Origin: Patescibacteria group bacterium
GTDB taxonomy: Bacteria > Patescibacteriota > Patescibacteriia > Magasanikbacterales > GWA2-37-8
Reading direction: 5' to 3'
NCBI GenBank assembly: GCA_004321885.1
Contig: SCQK01000013.1
Span: 32,001 to 96,000, forward strand
DNA length: 64,000 nt
Below are positions 20,326 to 30,060 of the stretch, piece after piece. Within the stretch, counting starts at the first letter, position 1, and each line of letters opens with the position of its first letter. A program made the position numbers and the translations under genes. The notes under the pieces were generated by a model that saw nothing but the letters and a program-made list of their open reading frames with translations, had not been told where the DNA came from and ran no database searches.

Positions 20326-20826
20326 ATGCGCTCCACTAACAGAAAATCAGAAAAAATTAGGCAAAACAAATTCGACCCACTTTTGACCGAAAAGAAGGCT
20401 TTTGAATTAAGCGAAAAATTAAAGCGATTAAAAGAAATCAGCCGGCCGCGGGCGGCGGAGGAGGTAAAACGACTCGCCGAATTGGGCGATTTTTCGGAAA
20501 ACGCGGAGTACCAGCTGGCCAAAGCACGGCTACGGGGCATCAATAACAACATTCTTTTATTGGAAACTCAGCTAAACCAGGCAGTTATCATCAAGCCGCA
20601 AAAAACCAACACCGTGCAAGTCGGCCATCTTGTGACCATAGAAGGTAAAAACGGACAAAAAACATATCAGATCCTCGGCTCGGTTGAAACCGACCCGCAA
20701 AAAAATATTATTTCGCGTAATTCCCCACTCGGCGCCGCGCTTTTAGGACGCAAGGTCAGGGATGTGATAAAAATCAAACTGGCGAACAAAGAGGTGAAAT
20801 ATAAAATACTAAAAATCACCTCATAA
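20326..20826 (+). CDS. Second GreA/GreB-family transcript cleavage factor paralog.
   Basis: GDFSENAEYQLAKARL...SPLGAALLGRKVRD. Start uncertain: the ORF opens at 20173, and M at 20326 is chosen. Confidence 0.65.
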   Translation: MRSTNRKSEKIRQNKFDPLLTEKKAFELSEKLKRLKEISRPRAAEEVKRLAELGDFSENAEYQLAKARLRGINNNILLLETQLNQAVIIKPQKTNTVQVGHLVTIEGKNGQKTYQILGSVETDPQKNIISRNSPLGAALLGRKVRDVIKIKLANKEVKYKILKITS

Positions 20827-20912
20827 GGGTCTGTCGCCGAATACCATTTCTACTGCAATTTCAAAATTTTGACCTTGTTTGGTGTATTCAATTATGATAT
20901 AATTGATTTAGT

Positions 20913-23141
20913 ATGCTCAAAAAAATCGCTTGCCTTTTTTTGATTACGACCTGGATCCCAGTTTTCGCTGGAATGACAGTGTCCTTTTCCCCTGCCCTCG
21001 CCCAAACGGAATTTAATCCGCATTTTATTATCTCCGACGAAGAAATGCAGACCCTGGCGAACTGGACCCGCGACGACGTGCAAAAATTTCTGGACGGCAA
21101 GGGCAGTTATCTGCGCGCCTTTTCCACCGAAGATGTGTCCGGCGCCGTCAAACCAGCGGCCGATATTATCTACGACGCGGCGCGCGCCTACACCATCAAT
21201 CCAAAATATCTGCTCGTTACTTTACAAAAAGAGCAGTCGCTGATTACCGACGACGCGCCCAGCCAAAAACAGCTTGATTGGGCCACGGGCTACGCGGTCT
21301 GCGATTCCTGCGACCGCGGCGACCCGGCCGTGGCCAAACACAAGGGCTTTGGCAAGCAGGTAGACGACGCGGCCGGCATCATCCGCTGGTATTACGACAA
21401 TCGCGACCGCGGCATTGTCAAAAAAAAAGACCAGGCCGTCAGCATAGACAACCAATCGGTCATCCCGCAAAGCTGGGCCACGGCTTTTTTGTACACCTAT
21501 ACCCCGCACTTGCACGGCAATAAAAATTTTTGGAAAATCTGGCAGACCTGGTTTGCGCAAAACTACCCCAACGGCACCCTGCTGGTCGGCGAAACCACGG
21601 GCGACACCTATCTGATTCAAAACAACACTAAACGCAAATTCAAAAATAAATCCACCCTGCTGTCGCGCGCCGACCCGGAAATGATAATCACCGTGCCCGA
21701 AAGCGAACTCTCCAACTACGCCACTGGTCCGGAAATTTCTTTCCCAAATTTTTCGCTCTTGCGCTCTCCGGCGAGCGCCTATTACCTGCTTGACTACGAC
21801 ACCATCCGCCCGTTTGCCGGCGAAGAAGTCATCCGCTATCACGGCTACAATCCGCAAGAAATCATAGACGTTTCCGAAGCGGACCTGACCGGCCTGACTC
21901 TCGGTACCACCATTTACGCCACGTCCACTCCGGTGCAGGGCGTGGTCTATCAAATCACAGATCTAAAAAACGCCCTTTACATGCTCAAAGACGGCACGCT
22001 CTATCCGATTATAGATAAAAAAATGGTGGAGGCGAATTACAAAAATTTGAAACTGGAAAAAAAGAAGCTAACGGACATAAAAAATTATCCGGTCGCCAAC
22101 CAGCCTTTGCAGTTCAAAGACGGCACCCTTATCAGAATAAAAGACAGCGAAACGATTTACGTGATAGAAAACGGCAAAAAGCGCCGCCTGGCCGATGAAG
22201 ACACTTTCCTGGCCATGGGCTATAAATACGCCAACGTCATATCGGTGGAATTGCTGACTGCTTTGAATATCTTTGACGGCGAGCCGATATTCATCAACGG
22301 CAGTCTGCTTTCGGCCAAAGATAAATTTCTGGGCGACAACCAACAGGCTGTCATTGACAATTACGGCGCCAAGCTCCCCTCATATCTGGTGGCCGAGTAT
22401 CCCAGCGGCCGCATCTTATCCGGCAAAAATATAGACGCCAGGCGCCCCATTGCCTCGCTCACCAAAGCCATGGTCGCTTACGAAGCCATATACGAAAATT
22501 TAGCGCCCGCGAAAATCACGGCCTACAGCGCCAAGAAATACCGCTCCGAAGGCTATGCCCTAAAAGTGCGTGACGGAGCCAAATTCAAAAATGCCGACCT
22601 GCTGAGCGCCGCGCTCATCGGCTCTTACAACAATATTGCCAAAGCCGTCGTGGGCGCCACGGGCCTGGACGAAGACGCGTTTTTGGCCGCGCTCAATCGC
22701 CGTCTTAGCGACTGGGGGGCGGATAACACGAAAATCGCCGACCTCACCGGCTTGGATGAAAAAAACTTTTCCACGGCCCGCGACCTGCTTCGCGTTTACA
22801 CGAAAGTTTTGAAAAACGAAACCATCGCCAAGTCCCTGGGCACTAAAAAATTTATCCTGCGCAATGTCTCGGGCAAATCGTACGGTTCGCTCAAATACAC
22901 AGTGCAAAATCGCAATAAATTATTTTTCCAAAACAATAAAAATTATAAAATTATCGCCAGCAAAACCGGTTATACGGACGAGGCCGGCGCCGTGCTTTTT
23001 ATGGTAATAGAATCCAAAAAAACCAAAAAGAAATACACCATCATCACTCTCGGCGACAAAAATTATAATTATCGGTTCAAAGAGCCGGACAAAATCGCCA
23101 GCTGGATTTCTTCCGACAACGCGAATTTAGCCAGCAATTAA
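20913..23141 (+). CDS. Secreted multidomain protein. N-terminal signal peptide, repeated about 50-aa modules, and a C-terminal serine-type D-Ala-D-Ala carboxypeptidase (PBP5/DacA-like, S11).
   Basis: Signal MLKKIACLFLITTWIPVFAG. SxxK (ASLTKAM), SxN (GSYNN) and KTG (KTGYT) motifs in the last about 270 aa. Confidence 0.7.
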   Translation: MLKKIACLFLITTWIPVFAGMTVSFSPALAQTEFNPHFIISDEEMQTLANWTRDDVQKFLDGKGSYLRAFSTEDVSGAVKPAADIIYDAARAYTINPKYLLVTLQKEQSLITDDAPSQKQLDWATGYAVCDSCDRGDPAVAKHKGFGKQVDDAAGIIRWYYDNRDRGIVKKKDQAVSIDNQSVIPQSWATAFLYTYTPHLHGNKNFWKIWQTWFAQNYPNGTLLVGETTGDTYLIQNNTKRKFKNKSTLLSRADPEMIITVPESELSNYATGPEISFPNFSLLRSPASAYYLLDYDTIRPFAGEEVIRYHGYNPQEIIDVSEADLTGLTLGTTIYATSTPVQGVVYQITDLKNALYMLKDGTLYPIIDKKMVEANYKNLKLEKKKLTDIKNYPVANQPLQFKDGTLIRIKDSETIYVIENGKKRRLADEDTFLAMGYKYANVISVELLTALNIFDGEPIFINGSLLSAKDKFLGDNQQAVIDNYGAKLPSYLVAEYPSGRILSGKNIDARRPIASLTKAMVAYEAIYENLAPAKITAYSAKKYRSEGYALKVRDGAKFKNADLLSAALIGSYNNIAKAVVGATGLDEDAFLAALNRRLSDWGADNTKIADLTGLDEKNFSTARDLLRVYTKVLKNETIAKSLGTKKFILRNVSGKSYGSLKYTVQNRNKLFFQNNKNYKIIASKTGYTDEAGAVLFMVIESKKTKKKYTIITLGDKNYNYRFKEPDKIASWISSDNANLASN

Positions 23142-23180
23142 TTAGCGAACTGGAAATGCTGTTCGCTTTAAGAAAATTTT

Positions 23181-23969
23181 ATGCTTGTATTTGCCTGTAT
23201 CACGCCTCACCCCCCGCTGCTTTTGCCCACCATCGGAAAAAAGGTCGCCAAAAAAGTGGAAAAAACAAAAAGGGCCATGGAAAAATTGGAAGAGGATTTG
23301 TATTTGTCCAAGCCCGACATCCTGATTGTAATTTCTCCGCACGGCAGCTGTATGAACGACGCCTTCACGCTGAATCTGGCGCCCGAATACGAAACCGACT
23401 TGTCCGAATTCGGCGATATCACCACCAAGCTGAAATTCAACGGCGAGCAGGAACTGACGTCTCTGCTGCGCGAAGCGAGCAAAGAACAGGCTTTCGCCAC
23501 CGCGGTTATTAGCGAGCCAAAAATTGACCACGGCGCGGCCGTGCCGCTGTATTATCTGGCCGCGCATCTTCCCAAAATTCCGATTATCCCGGTCGGTTTT
23601 TGCGAACTGGACCCAAAACATCATCTTGATTTTGGCAAGATGCTGCAAGAGCAGATAAGCGAGCTCAACAAACGGGTGGCCGTGGTCGCTTCGGGCGATT
23701 TGTCGCACGCCCTTACCACCGACGCCCCGGCCGGATACAGCGAAGCCGGGGCCGGGTTTGACGCCAAAATTCAAGAACTGCTCGCGGCCGGCAACACGGC
23801 CGGCATGCTACAGCTGGACAAAAAATTAGTGGCCGACGCGGCCGAATGCGGCTTCCGCTCCTTTCTCATTTTGATGGGCGCTTTACGCGGCGTAAATTTC
23901 AACTATAAAGCTTACTCGTACGAAGCGCCGTTTGGCGTGGGCTATTTGGTCGCCAATTTCGCGATGTAA
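23181..23969 (+). CDS. Class III extradiol dioxygenase family protein (LigB/YgiD-like).
   Basis: VISPHGSCMN, DHGAAVPLYYL and ASGDLSHAL align with the conserved His-containing motifs of YgiD-type proteins. Confidence 0.55.
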   Translation: MLVFACITPHPPLLLPTIGKKVAKKVEKTKRAMEKLEEDLYLSKPDILIVISPHGSCMNDAFTLNLAPEYETDLSEFGDITTKLKFNGEQELTSLLREASKEQAFATAVISEPKIDHGAAVPLYYLAAHLPKIPIIPVGFCELDPKHHLDFGKMLQEQISELNKRVAVVASGDLSHALTTDAPAGYSEAGAGFDAKIQELLAAGNTAGMLQLDKKLVADAAECGFRSFLILMGALRGVNFNYKAYSYEAPFGVGYLVANFAM

Positions 23970-24032
23970 TTCGTTCGCTGTCATTCTAGCCCCTGCCTAC
24001 CGGCAGGCAGGCGCGAGCAGGAATCCCACACT

Positions 24033-25922
24033 ATGCTTCTGCAAATTATCCCCGCACGGAGAATGCCTTTTTCTCTTCCGTTTTTGGATTACGCGGCTCC
24101 CGCTGAACTGGAAGCGCGCGTCAAAATCGGCCAGCTGGTGAAAATTCCGTTTCGCTCGCGCGAAGAATTTGGCATTATTAAATCAATCGGCGGCGATGCG
24201 CCGCCAAAAAAAGTCAGGCCCATTTTGGAAATTTTTTATGATACGCCTCTTCTGTCGCAGGCGCAATTAAATTTTTTAGAAGAGATATCGGCTTTTTACG
24301 GCACGCCCTTGTCTTTTCTGTTAAAAACCAATCTGCCGCCGCTCTCGGAAAAAAAATTAAAAAAAGAACTGGACAAAAAAAACTTCAGGTCCGGCGCGGC
24401 GGTCAGTAAAAAACCTAAAAAGCCAGGGGTGTTTTATTACGCCGACAAAGGAGAAAAACAAAAACTATTTATTGACGCGCCGGCTAAACGAGGACAAACT
24501 TTAATTATAGCGCCCGAATTGGAGCAAATTACCGAAATATGGAATCTTTTGTCCGAAGAGCGGCGCGCCAAGTGCGCGGCCATTTCAGGCCGACTAAGCG
24601 AAAAACAATTTTTCGCCGTCTGGATGGATATTTTTTTTGGACGCAAAAACATCGTCATCGGCACGCGCCGGGCACTGTTTTTGCCCTGGCGAAACTTGAC
24701 GCGCGTAATCATTGACGACGAAGCCAATGAAAGCCATAAAAGCTGGGACATGGCCCCGCGCTTTCACGCCAAAGACGCGGCCCTGTTTCTGGCCGCCAAG
24801 CACGGCGCGGCTCTCCAAATTATGTGCCACACGCCCTCGGTGGAAACGTATTTTTTCGCGCAAAAGAACGTTTACAAAACAAAAGACGCGCCCAAAACGT
24901 TCGCTGACTCTGCTACCATCGTGGATATGTGCGGGGAACGTAGGGCCGGCAATTACACGTTTATCAGCCAATACTTGCGCGACAAAATCACGGCTCTAAA
25001 CGGAGACGCCTTTATTTTTCTCAACCGCAAAGGCGCCGCCGCGGCCGTGGGTTGCCGCGATTGCGGCAATGTCATAAAATGTCCGTCTTGCGGCCGCTCG
25101 CTGGTGTATCACGAAACCGATAAATCATTGCGTTGCCATTTTTGTAAAACCCTGAGCCGCATGCCCCCGTCTTGCGCGGTTTGCCGTGGCGTAAATATGG
25201 CCTTATACGGCATTGGCACCCAGCTCGCCGAAAACACCCTGCGCAAGCTCGCCCCTGACAAGCGAGTTATCCGCATTGATTCGGACGACGGCGAGCTTAG
25301 CGAGTTAAAAGCGCCGGGAAATAAAATTATCATCGGCACGCAACTGGCCTGGAATAAAATTGACTGGTCAGCGCTCAAACTGGCCGCTTTTTTGGACGCT
25401 GACTCGTCTCTTTTTATTCCCGAATTTAAGATAGATGAAAATGTTTGGTATCTACTGCGAGACGCGCAGTTTCGTTTGGGCTGTCATTCCGGCCTTGTGC
25501 CGGAATCCACAATCAATCCGGAATTAATCATTCAAACAGGCCATCCGGAATATCCTGTTTTTTCCGGGCTGGCCAAGCCGGCCAATTTTTATGAACAGCA
25601 GATAAAAATCAGACAGCTCTTGGGCTTTCCGCCTTTTAATTTTTTGCTTAAAATATACAACAGCGAGCCGGGCGAAGCGCTGGCCAAAAGCCAGGCCGAG
25701 GCTTTTTTGGCCGAACTGCGCGCCTTGACAAGAGGCATGCCGCGGGTTAATATAACCGGCCCGCTGGCGGCGCCGTTTCGCCGCGGCAAAGATTACTCGC
25801 AAATAATTTTGCTAAAAATCGGGTTTGCCAACTACAAGCGCGACACGGCCAAAATTTCGTCTTTGGCGGCAACGCGCGGCTGGAAAGTAGACCCAAATCC
25901 AAATACCTTATTAGCCCTATGA
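24033..25922 (+). CDS. priA: Primosomal protein N' (PriA)-like with apparently degenerate helicase ATPase motifs.
   Basis: PriA N-terminal 3'-DNA-binding region and Cys-rich zinc region (CRDCGNVIKCPSCGRSLVYHETDKSLRCHFCK...CAVCRG). Walker A reads APAKRGQT and Walker B reads IIDDEANES, where GxxGSGKT and DEEH are expected. Confidence 0.7.
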   Translation: MLLQIIPARRMPFSLPFLDYAAPAELEARVKIGQLVKIPFRSREEFGIIKSIGGDAPPKKVRPILEIFYDTPLLSQAQLNFLEEISAFYGTPLSFLLKTNLPPLSEKKLKKELDKKNFRSGAAVSKKPKKPGVFYYADKGEKQKLFIDAPAKRGQTLIIAPELEQITEIWNLLSEERRAKCAAISGRLSEKQFFAVWMDIFFGRKNIVIGTRRALFLPWRNLTRVIIDDEANESHKSWDMAPRFHAKDAALFLAAKHGAALQIMCHTPSVETYFFAQKNVYKTKDAPKTFADSATIVDMCGERRAGNYTFISQYLRDKITALNGDAFIFLNRKGAAAAVGCRDCGNVIKCPSCGRSLVYHETDKSLRCHFCKTLSRMPPSCAVCRGVNMALYGIGTQLAENTLRKLAPDKRVIRIDSDDGELSELKAPGNKIIIGTQLAWNKIDWSALKLAAFLDADSSLFIPEFKIDENVWYLLRDAQFRLGCHSGLVPESTINPELIIQTGHPEYPVFSGLAKPANFYEQQIKIRQLLGFPPFNFLLKIYNSEPGEALAKSQAEAFLAELRALTRGMPRVNITGPLAAPFRRGKDYSQIILLKIGFANYKRDTAKISSLAATRGWKVDPNPNTLLAL

Positions 25923-26413
25923 TTCTACCCATCTTAACCGAACCAAATCCCCTTTTGCACAAACAGGCAAAGCCGATTGCGGATGCGCGCATAATCTCTG
26001 CCGAGATGAAAAAACTCGCCACCGACCTTATTGAAACCATGCGCGCCAAAGACGGAGTGGGATTGGCCGCCACCCAAGCGGGACGCCTGGAACAAATTTG
26101 CGTAGTGGCGGTTGATTTAGAAAAACAGGAAAAACGCGAAATCGTTTTAATTAATCCGCGCTGGGAAAAAATCGGCCTAAGGAAAGAAACTGACGATGAA
26201 GGCTGTTTGTCCGTGCCTGAAATTTTCGGCAAAGTGAAGCGCTATAAAAAAATCCGCGTGTTCGCGAAAAATTTGCTCGGCAATAATTTGGAATTTGTCG
26301 CCGAGGACCTGCTCGCGCGAATCATCCAGCACGAGGTGGATCATTTGAACGGAATTTTATTCACAGAGAAAGCCAAGGGTTTGCATAAAATTGACAAAAG
26401 CGCCGGTAAATAG
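25919..26413 (+). CDS. def: Peptide deformylase.
   Basis: GVGLAATQ, EGCLS and HEVDHLNG motifs. Confidence 0.9.
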   Translation: MILPILTEPNPLLHKQAKPIADARIISAEMKKLATDLIETMRAKDGVGLAATQAGRLEQICVVAVDLEKQEKREIVLINPRWEKIGLRKETDDEGCLSVPEIFGKVKRYKKIRVFAKNLLGNNLEFVAEDLLARIIQHEVDHLNGILFTEKAKGLHKIDKSAGK

Positions 26414-26425
26414 CGCGACGAATTT

Positions 26426-27352
26426 ATGACTATTAGCACAATATTTTTTGGAACACATAATTTTGCGGCGAAAATTTTGGCAGAGCTTATCAAAAACGGC
26501 TCTTTTGACATTACACTGGCAGTCACCCAGCCGGACAGACCGGCGGGAAGAAAACAAGACCTGGAAATTCCGGCCGTGAAACTTTTAGCCGAAAAAAACA
26601 ATATTCCGGTCGCCCAACCGGCCGGTTTGTCATTGCGAGGAGTAATCCCTTTTCCTGATTTCTATGACCTGAACATCCTCTGCCAATACGGAAACATAAT
26701 CACCAAAGAAATTTTAGACAAATCAAAATACGGTTCAATCAATGTCCACCCTTCGCTATTGCCAAGATACCGCGGGGCCTCACCCATCCAATCCGCGCTC
26801 GTAAATGGCGAAACCGAAACCGGCGTTTCCATAATTTTGATGGATGAGGAGCTTGACCATGGCCCGATTTTGGCGCAAAAAAAAATGAACATTGGCGATG
26901 ATGATAATTTTGTTTCTTTGAGCGCGAAATTGTCGTATCTATCCGCCCCTCTTTTGGTAAATACGGCCCTTGATTTTGTAAACGGAAAAATTACTCCCGG
27001 GCCACAAAACCACGACCAAGCGACTTTTTGCAAACAACTCTCGCGCGAGGATGGTAAAATTGATTTTAATAAATCCGCCAAAGAAATTTACAATCAGTGG
27101 CGCGGCCTCGCGCCGTGGCCCGGGGTTTGGGCAAGCTGGGAAAACAAACGTCTCAAATTTATTAATATCAGCCCCCTTCCCCTTTATAAGGGGGATGTGG
27201 GGAGGGGGTATGTAAGGGGGCACAAACTCATCATCGCCTGCGCCCAAGGCGCTATTGAAATTTTAGAACTCCAACTTGAAGGAAAAAAGCCCATGGTCGC
27301 GGCCGCGTTTATAAACGGCTATGGCAAAATAAACGGCGCTATTTTACGCTAA
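26426..27352 (+). CDS. fmt: Methionyl-tRNA formyltransferase. Carries an in-frame palindromic insertion at 27169-27220.
   Basis: Formyltransferase N-domain (SINVHPSLLPRYRGASPIQ). The insertion encodes SPLPLYKGDVGRGYVRG. Confidence 0.9.
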   Translation: MTISTIFFGTHNFAAKILAELIKNGSFDITLAVTQPDRPAGRKQDLEIPAVKLLAEKNNIPVAQPAGLSLRGVIPFPDFYDLNILCQYGNIITKEILDKSKYGSINVHPSLLPRYRGASPIQSALVNGETETGVSIILMDEELDHGPILAQKKMNIGDDDNFVSLSAKLSYLSAPLLVNTALDFVNGKITPGPQNHDQATFCKQLSREDGKIDFNKSAKEIYNQWRGLAPWPGVWASWENKRLKFINISPLPLYKGDVGRGYVRGHKLIIACAQGAIEILELQLEGKKPMVAAAFINGYGKINGAILR

Positions 27353-27353
27353 T

Positions 27354-28769
27354 ATGCAGTCCAAAAAACTTTTTCTTGTTTTTTTAGGGCTCTACGCGCT
27401 CCTGCGCGTCTTTTCCTATTTCTTCAGCCCTGAAACCCCGCTTTACTCGGCCAATCCGGTTAATACTTTGGCCGCCGCGCTGGTTCTTTTCACGGCGATT
27501 TATTTTCTGCTCAAAAAAGACCAGCGCGGCTGGCTGATTGTGGCCGGTGAGCTAATTCTCGGCGGCGGTGGAAATTACCTGGCTGTCGGGCCATTATCCC
27601 TACGGACGTCGCTTCTTTTTGCTTCACTGCTAATTTACTTCGCTCAACTTAAAAGGGGAGGGGCAGGCCACCACACCAAAGATTTTGGTGTGGTGGCAGG
27701 GGGTGGGGTTTGGGCAATATTTTTACTGATTGTAGTCGCCATCATCGCGGCCGGCCGCGGCCTATATCTGGGCCACGCTACTCGCCAAATTTTTTCCGAC
27801 ACGCTTCCCTATTTTTTCCTGCTTTATTATTTTCCGCTTCGCGATTTAATTAAATCTGACAATTTCAAGTCCGTCTGTAAGCAAATGCTCTTCGCGGCTA
27901 TTGTTGGCAACGCGCTTTTTATGCTTCTTACCTATGCCGGCTTTTCCAGCGGCCTGTTCGCTTTGCAGGATGAGTATTACCATTGGTTCCGCGATGTGGC
28001 TCTGGGTAAAATTACCGACATCGGCTTTAATTCCTTTCGCATAATTTTAGACGAACATTTATTGCTCGTGCCGCTGCTGCTGGCGTTTCTTTCGTCTGTC
28101 ATTGCGACCCCCTCATCAAGTGTGGGGCTAAAGGCTGCCACGCTCGCAATGACATTCGTCCTCTCTATTAATATTACCCGCATTTACATTCTGGCGTTCG
28201 TTGTCGGTCTGCTGTTCTTATTTTCAAAAACAAACTGGAGGCGCTGGCTGGCAATTTCATCGGCTTCGCTGGTTTTATTTTTTATCTTTTTCACCTCGCT
28301 TCATCTTATTTCCAGCCGCGGCCAAAATTTGGGCTGGGAATATTTTGGCCTGCGCCTGCAAAGCGTAATGGCGCCGCAAATAGAAGAAAGTTCACTTTCG
28401 CGCGTATTGCTTTTGCCCAAAATTTGGGAAAAAATAAAAGCCCATCCCCTCTTGGGTAATGGACTGGGCGACACGGTCACTGTTTACAGCCCGGCGCTCA
28501 AACAAACCATTACCACTCCGCACTTTGATTGGGGCTATCTGGAAATCTGGGCGGAAGTGGGCTTACTCGGTTTGTTTATCTGGATATTATTGCTCACAAA
28601 AATAATTCCCTCCCCTATCAGGGGAGGGACAGAGGGTGGAGTAACGGTCGCGCCACTCGCCTCCCTTCTTGTCATCAATCTCACCTCACCTGCTATTTTC
28701 CACGCTTTCGGCGTTATCTTTCTTACTTTTTACTTCACTCATTATGGCTCAAATCAAAATTCTGATTGA
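27354..28769 (+). CDS. Polytopic membrane protein, O-antigen ligase/polymerase-like (Wzy/WaaL family guess).
   Basis: More than 10 predicted TM helices. Sits beside GT2, GT4 and a flippase. Contains in-frame palindromes at 27667-27697 and 28608-28628. Confidence 0.45.
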   Translation: MQSKKLFLVFLGLYALLRVFSYFFSPETPLYSANPVNTLAAALVLFTAIYFLLKKDQRGWLIVAGELILGGGGNYLAVGPLSLRTSLLFASLLIYFAQLKRGGAGHHTKDFGVVAGGGVWAIFLLIVVAIIAAGRGLYLGHATRQIFSDTLPYFFLLYYFPLRDLIKSDNFKSVCKQMLFAAIVGNALFMLLTYAGFSSGLFALQDEYYHWFRDVALGKITDIGFNSFRIILDEHLLLVPLLLAFLSSVIATPSSSVGLKAATLAMTFVLSINITRIYILAFVVGLLFLFSKTNWRRWLAISSASLVLFFIFFTSLHLISSRGQNLGWEYFGLRLQSVMAPQIEESSLSRVLLLPKIWEKIKAHPLLGNGLGDTVTVYSPALKQTITTPHFDWGYLEIWAEVGLLGLFIWILLLTKIIPSPIRGGTEGGVTVAPLASLLVINLTSPAIFHAFGVIFLTFYFTHYGSNQNSD

Positions 28770-29307
28770 GGGTTATCTGTCCGCTGATTCCGGCGGAAAA
28801 ACCTGTCCCACTATCACTCTGGTGCGCGACGAGCGCTTAAATATCATCATTGACCCGGGCACCACGCCCACGGCCGAAACTATCGTTGAGGCGCTGGCCA
28901 AAGAGGGTCTATCTCCCGACGACATCAACATCGTTTTTCTCACGCACTCGCATTACGATCACTTCAAAAATATTTCCATTTTTTCCAAAGCGAAATTGCT
29001 GGATTATTGGGGGCTGTGGGACAACGACAAACTGGAAAGCGCGCCCGAAGACCTGACCGACGACATTAAAATCATCAAAACACCCGGCCACAGCGATGAC
29101 AATATCACCATGCTGGTTAAAACCGAAAAAGGAATTGTCGCCATCTGCGGCGATGTTTATTTCAAAGAAAATTTTCCGGAAATTGACCCGTACGCCAGCG
29201 ATAATGCCGCCCTTTTTCTCTCCAGAGAACTAATTAAAAAATCCGCGGACTTCATCATCCCCGGACACGGCCGCATGTTCGCGGCTAAACCGCAAAATTG
29301 CGGCTAA
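28744..29307 (+). CDS. MBL-fold metallo-hydrolase.
   Basis: LTHSHYDHF (HxHxDH) motif. Start taken at MAQIKILIEG inside ORF 28669..29307. Confidence 0.7.
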   Translation: MAQIKILIEGYLSADSGGKTCPTITLVRDERLNIIIDPGTTPTAETIVEALAKEGLSPDDINIVFLTHSHYDHFKNISIFSKAKLLDYWGLWDNDKLESAPEDLTDDIKIIKTPGHSDDNITMLVKTEKGIVAICGDVYFKENFPEIDPYASDNAALFLSRELIKKSADFIIPGHGRMFAAKPQNCG

Positions 29308-29316
29308 ACCGCAAAA

Positions 29317-30060
29317 CTAAGACAGACCGTGTTTTTTCAGGATTATCTCTCTGGCGGCTTCAAATTCTTGCACTGCCCTTGTTTTCCAGAGTAATTTATA
29401 AAAAAATTTCGGAAACCAATGACTGTAGCCTTGTCTGCCGCGTGTAATTTTTTTGTATAAAACTTCCGGCACGAACACGCCGGTTTTATTTTGCTCCAGC
29501 ATGGTCAGCCACAAATCCCAGTCCTGAAAGCGCCTAAGAGATTCGTCCCAGCCAAAGGCTGGTCCGCCTTTGGCGGAAAAGCATTCTAAATAATCGGCTC
29601 TGCGTATCAACGAAGTGGTGTCAATATAATTATTTCTTTTCAATTTTTCGGCGTCAAAATTATGAGAGTTCATTTTTGTCCAGCCAAATTTGAACTGACA
29701 GTAGGCGTATGAAGCAGACGGATTTGCGCCCAGCGCCGCTAGCATTTTTTCCAGCATTTTTGGTTTGGCCACCGTGTCCGCGTCCCAAAAAATTACGTAT
29801 TCTCCCCTGCTTTCGGCCAATCCCCTGTTTCGCGCGGCCGCGGCGCCGCGATTTTCCTGCCGAACTACTTTGATATTCAGCGCCTCATAAACCGGCGTCA
29901 AAATTATTTCCTCCATCACCTTGGCAAAATTGTCCGTGCTGCCATCGTCCACCACAATCACCTCCGCCGGCTTTAGTGTCTGATTCGCAATACAATCAAA
30001 ACACCGCCCCAAAGTATGCGCGTGATTGTAAGCCGGAATAATAATGCTTATACCTTGCAT
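29317..30060 (-). CDS. Family 2 glycosyltransferase.
   Basis: IIIPAYNHAHTLGRCFDCIANQT...VIVVDDGSTDN. Confidence 0.8.
   Translation of the reverse strand: MQGISIIIPAYNHAHTLGRCFDCIANQTLKPAEVIVVDDGSTDNFAKVMEEIILTPVYEALNIKVVRQENRGAAAARNRGLAESRGEYVIFWDADTVAKPKMLEKMLAALGANPSASYAYCQFKFGWTKMNSHNFDAEKLKRNNYIDTTSLIRRADYLECFSAKGGPAFGWDESLRRFQDWDLWLTMLEQNKTGVFVPEVLYKKITRGRQGYSHWFPKFFYKLLWKTRAVQEFEAAREIILKKHGLS

Noticed and set aside
21222-21953. 243-aa minus-strand ORF inside the PBP5-like gene.
   Set aside because: It is antisense to a confidently assigned CDS in a locally GC-rich stretch, has no motifs, and its composition is Gly/Arg/Ala-rich as expected of an antisense artefact.
23142-23774. 210-aa minus-strand ORF overlapping the extradiol dioxygenase gene.
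   Set aside because: Antisense overlap. It has no start context or motifs, and the plus-strand ORF has clear family signatures.
29285-29320. Tandem 16-bp direct repeat GCGGCTAAACCGCAAAA x2 at the MBL-hydrolase stop.
   Set aside because: Only two units, each a small GC hairpin between convergent genes. Most simply a bidirectional terminator pair; noted but not pursued.
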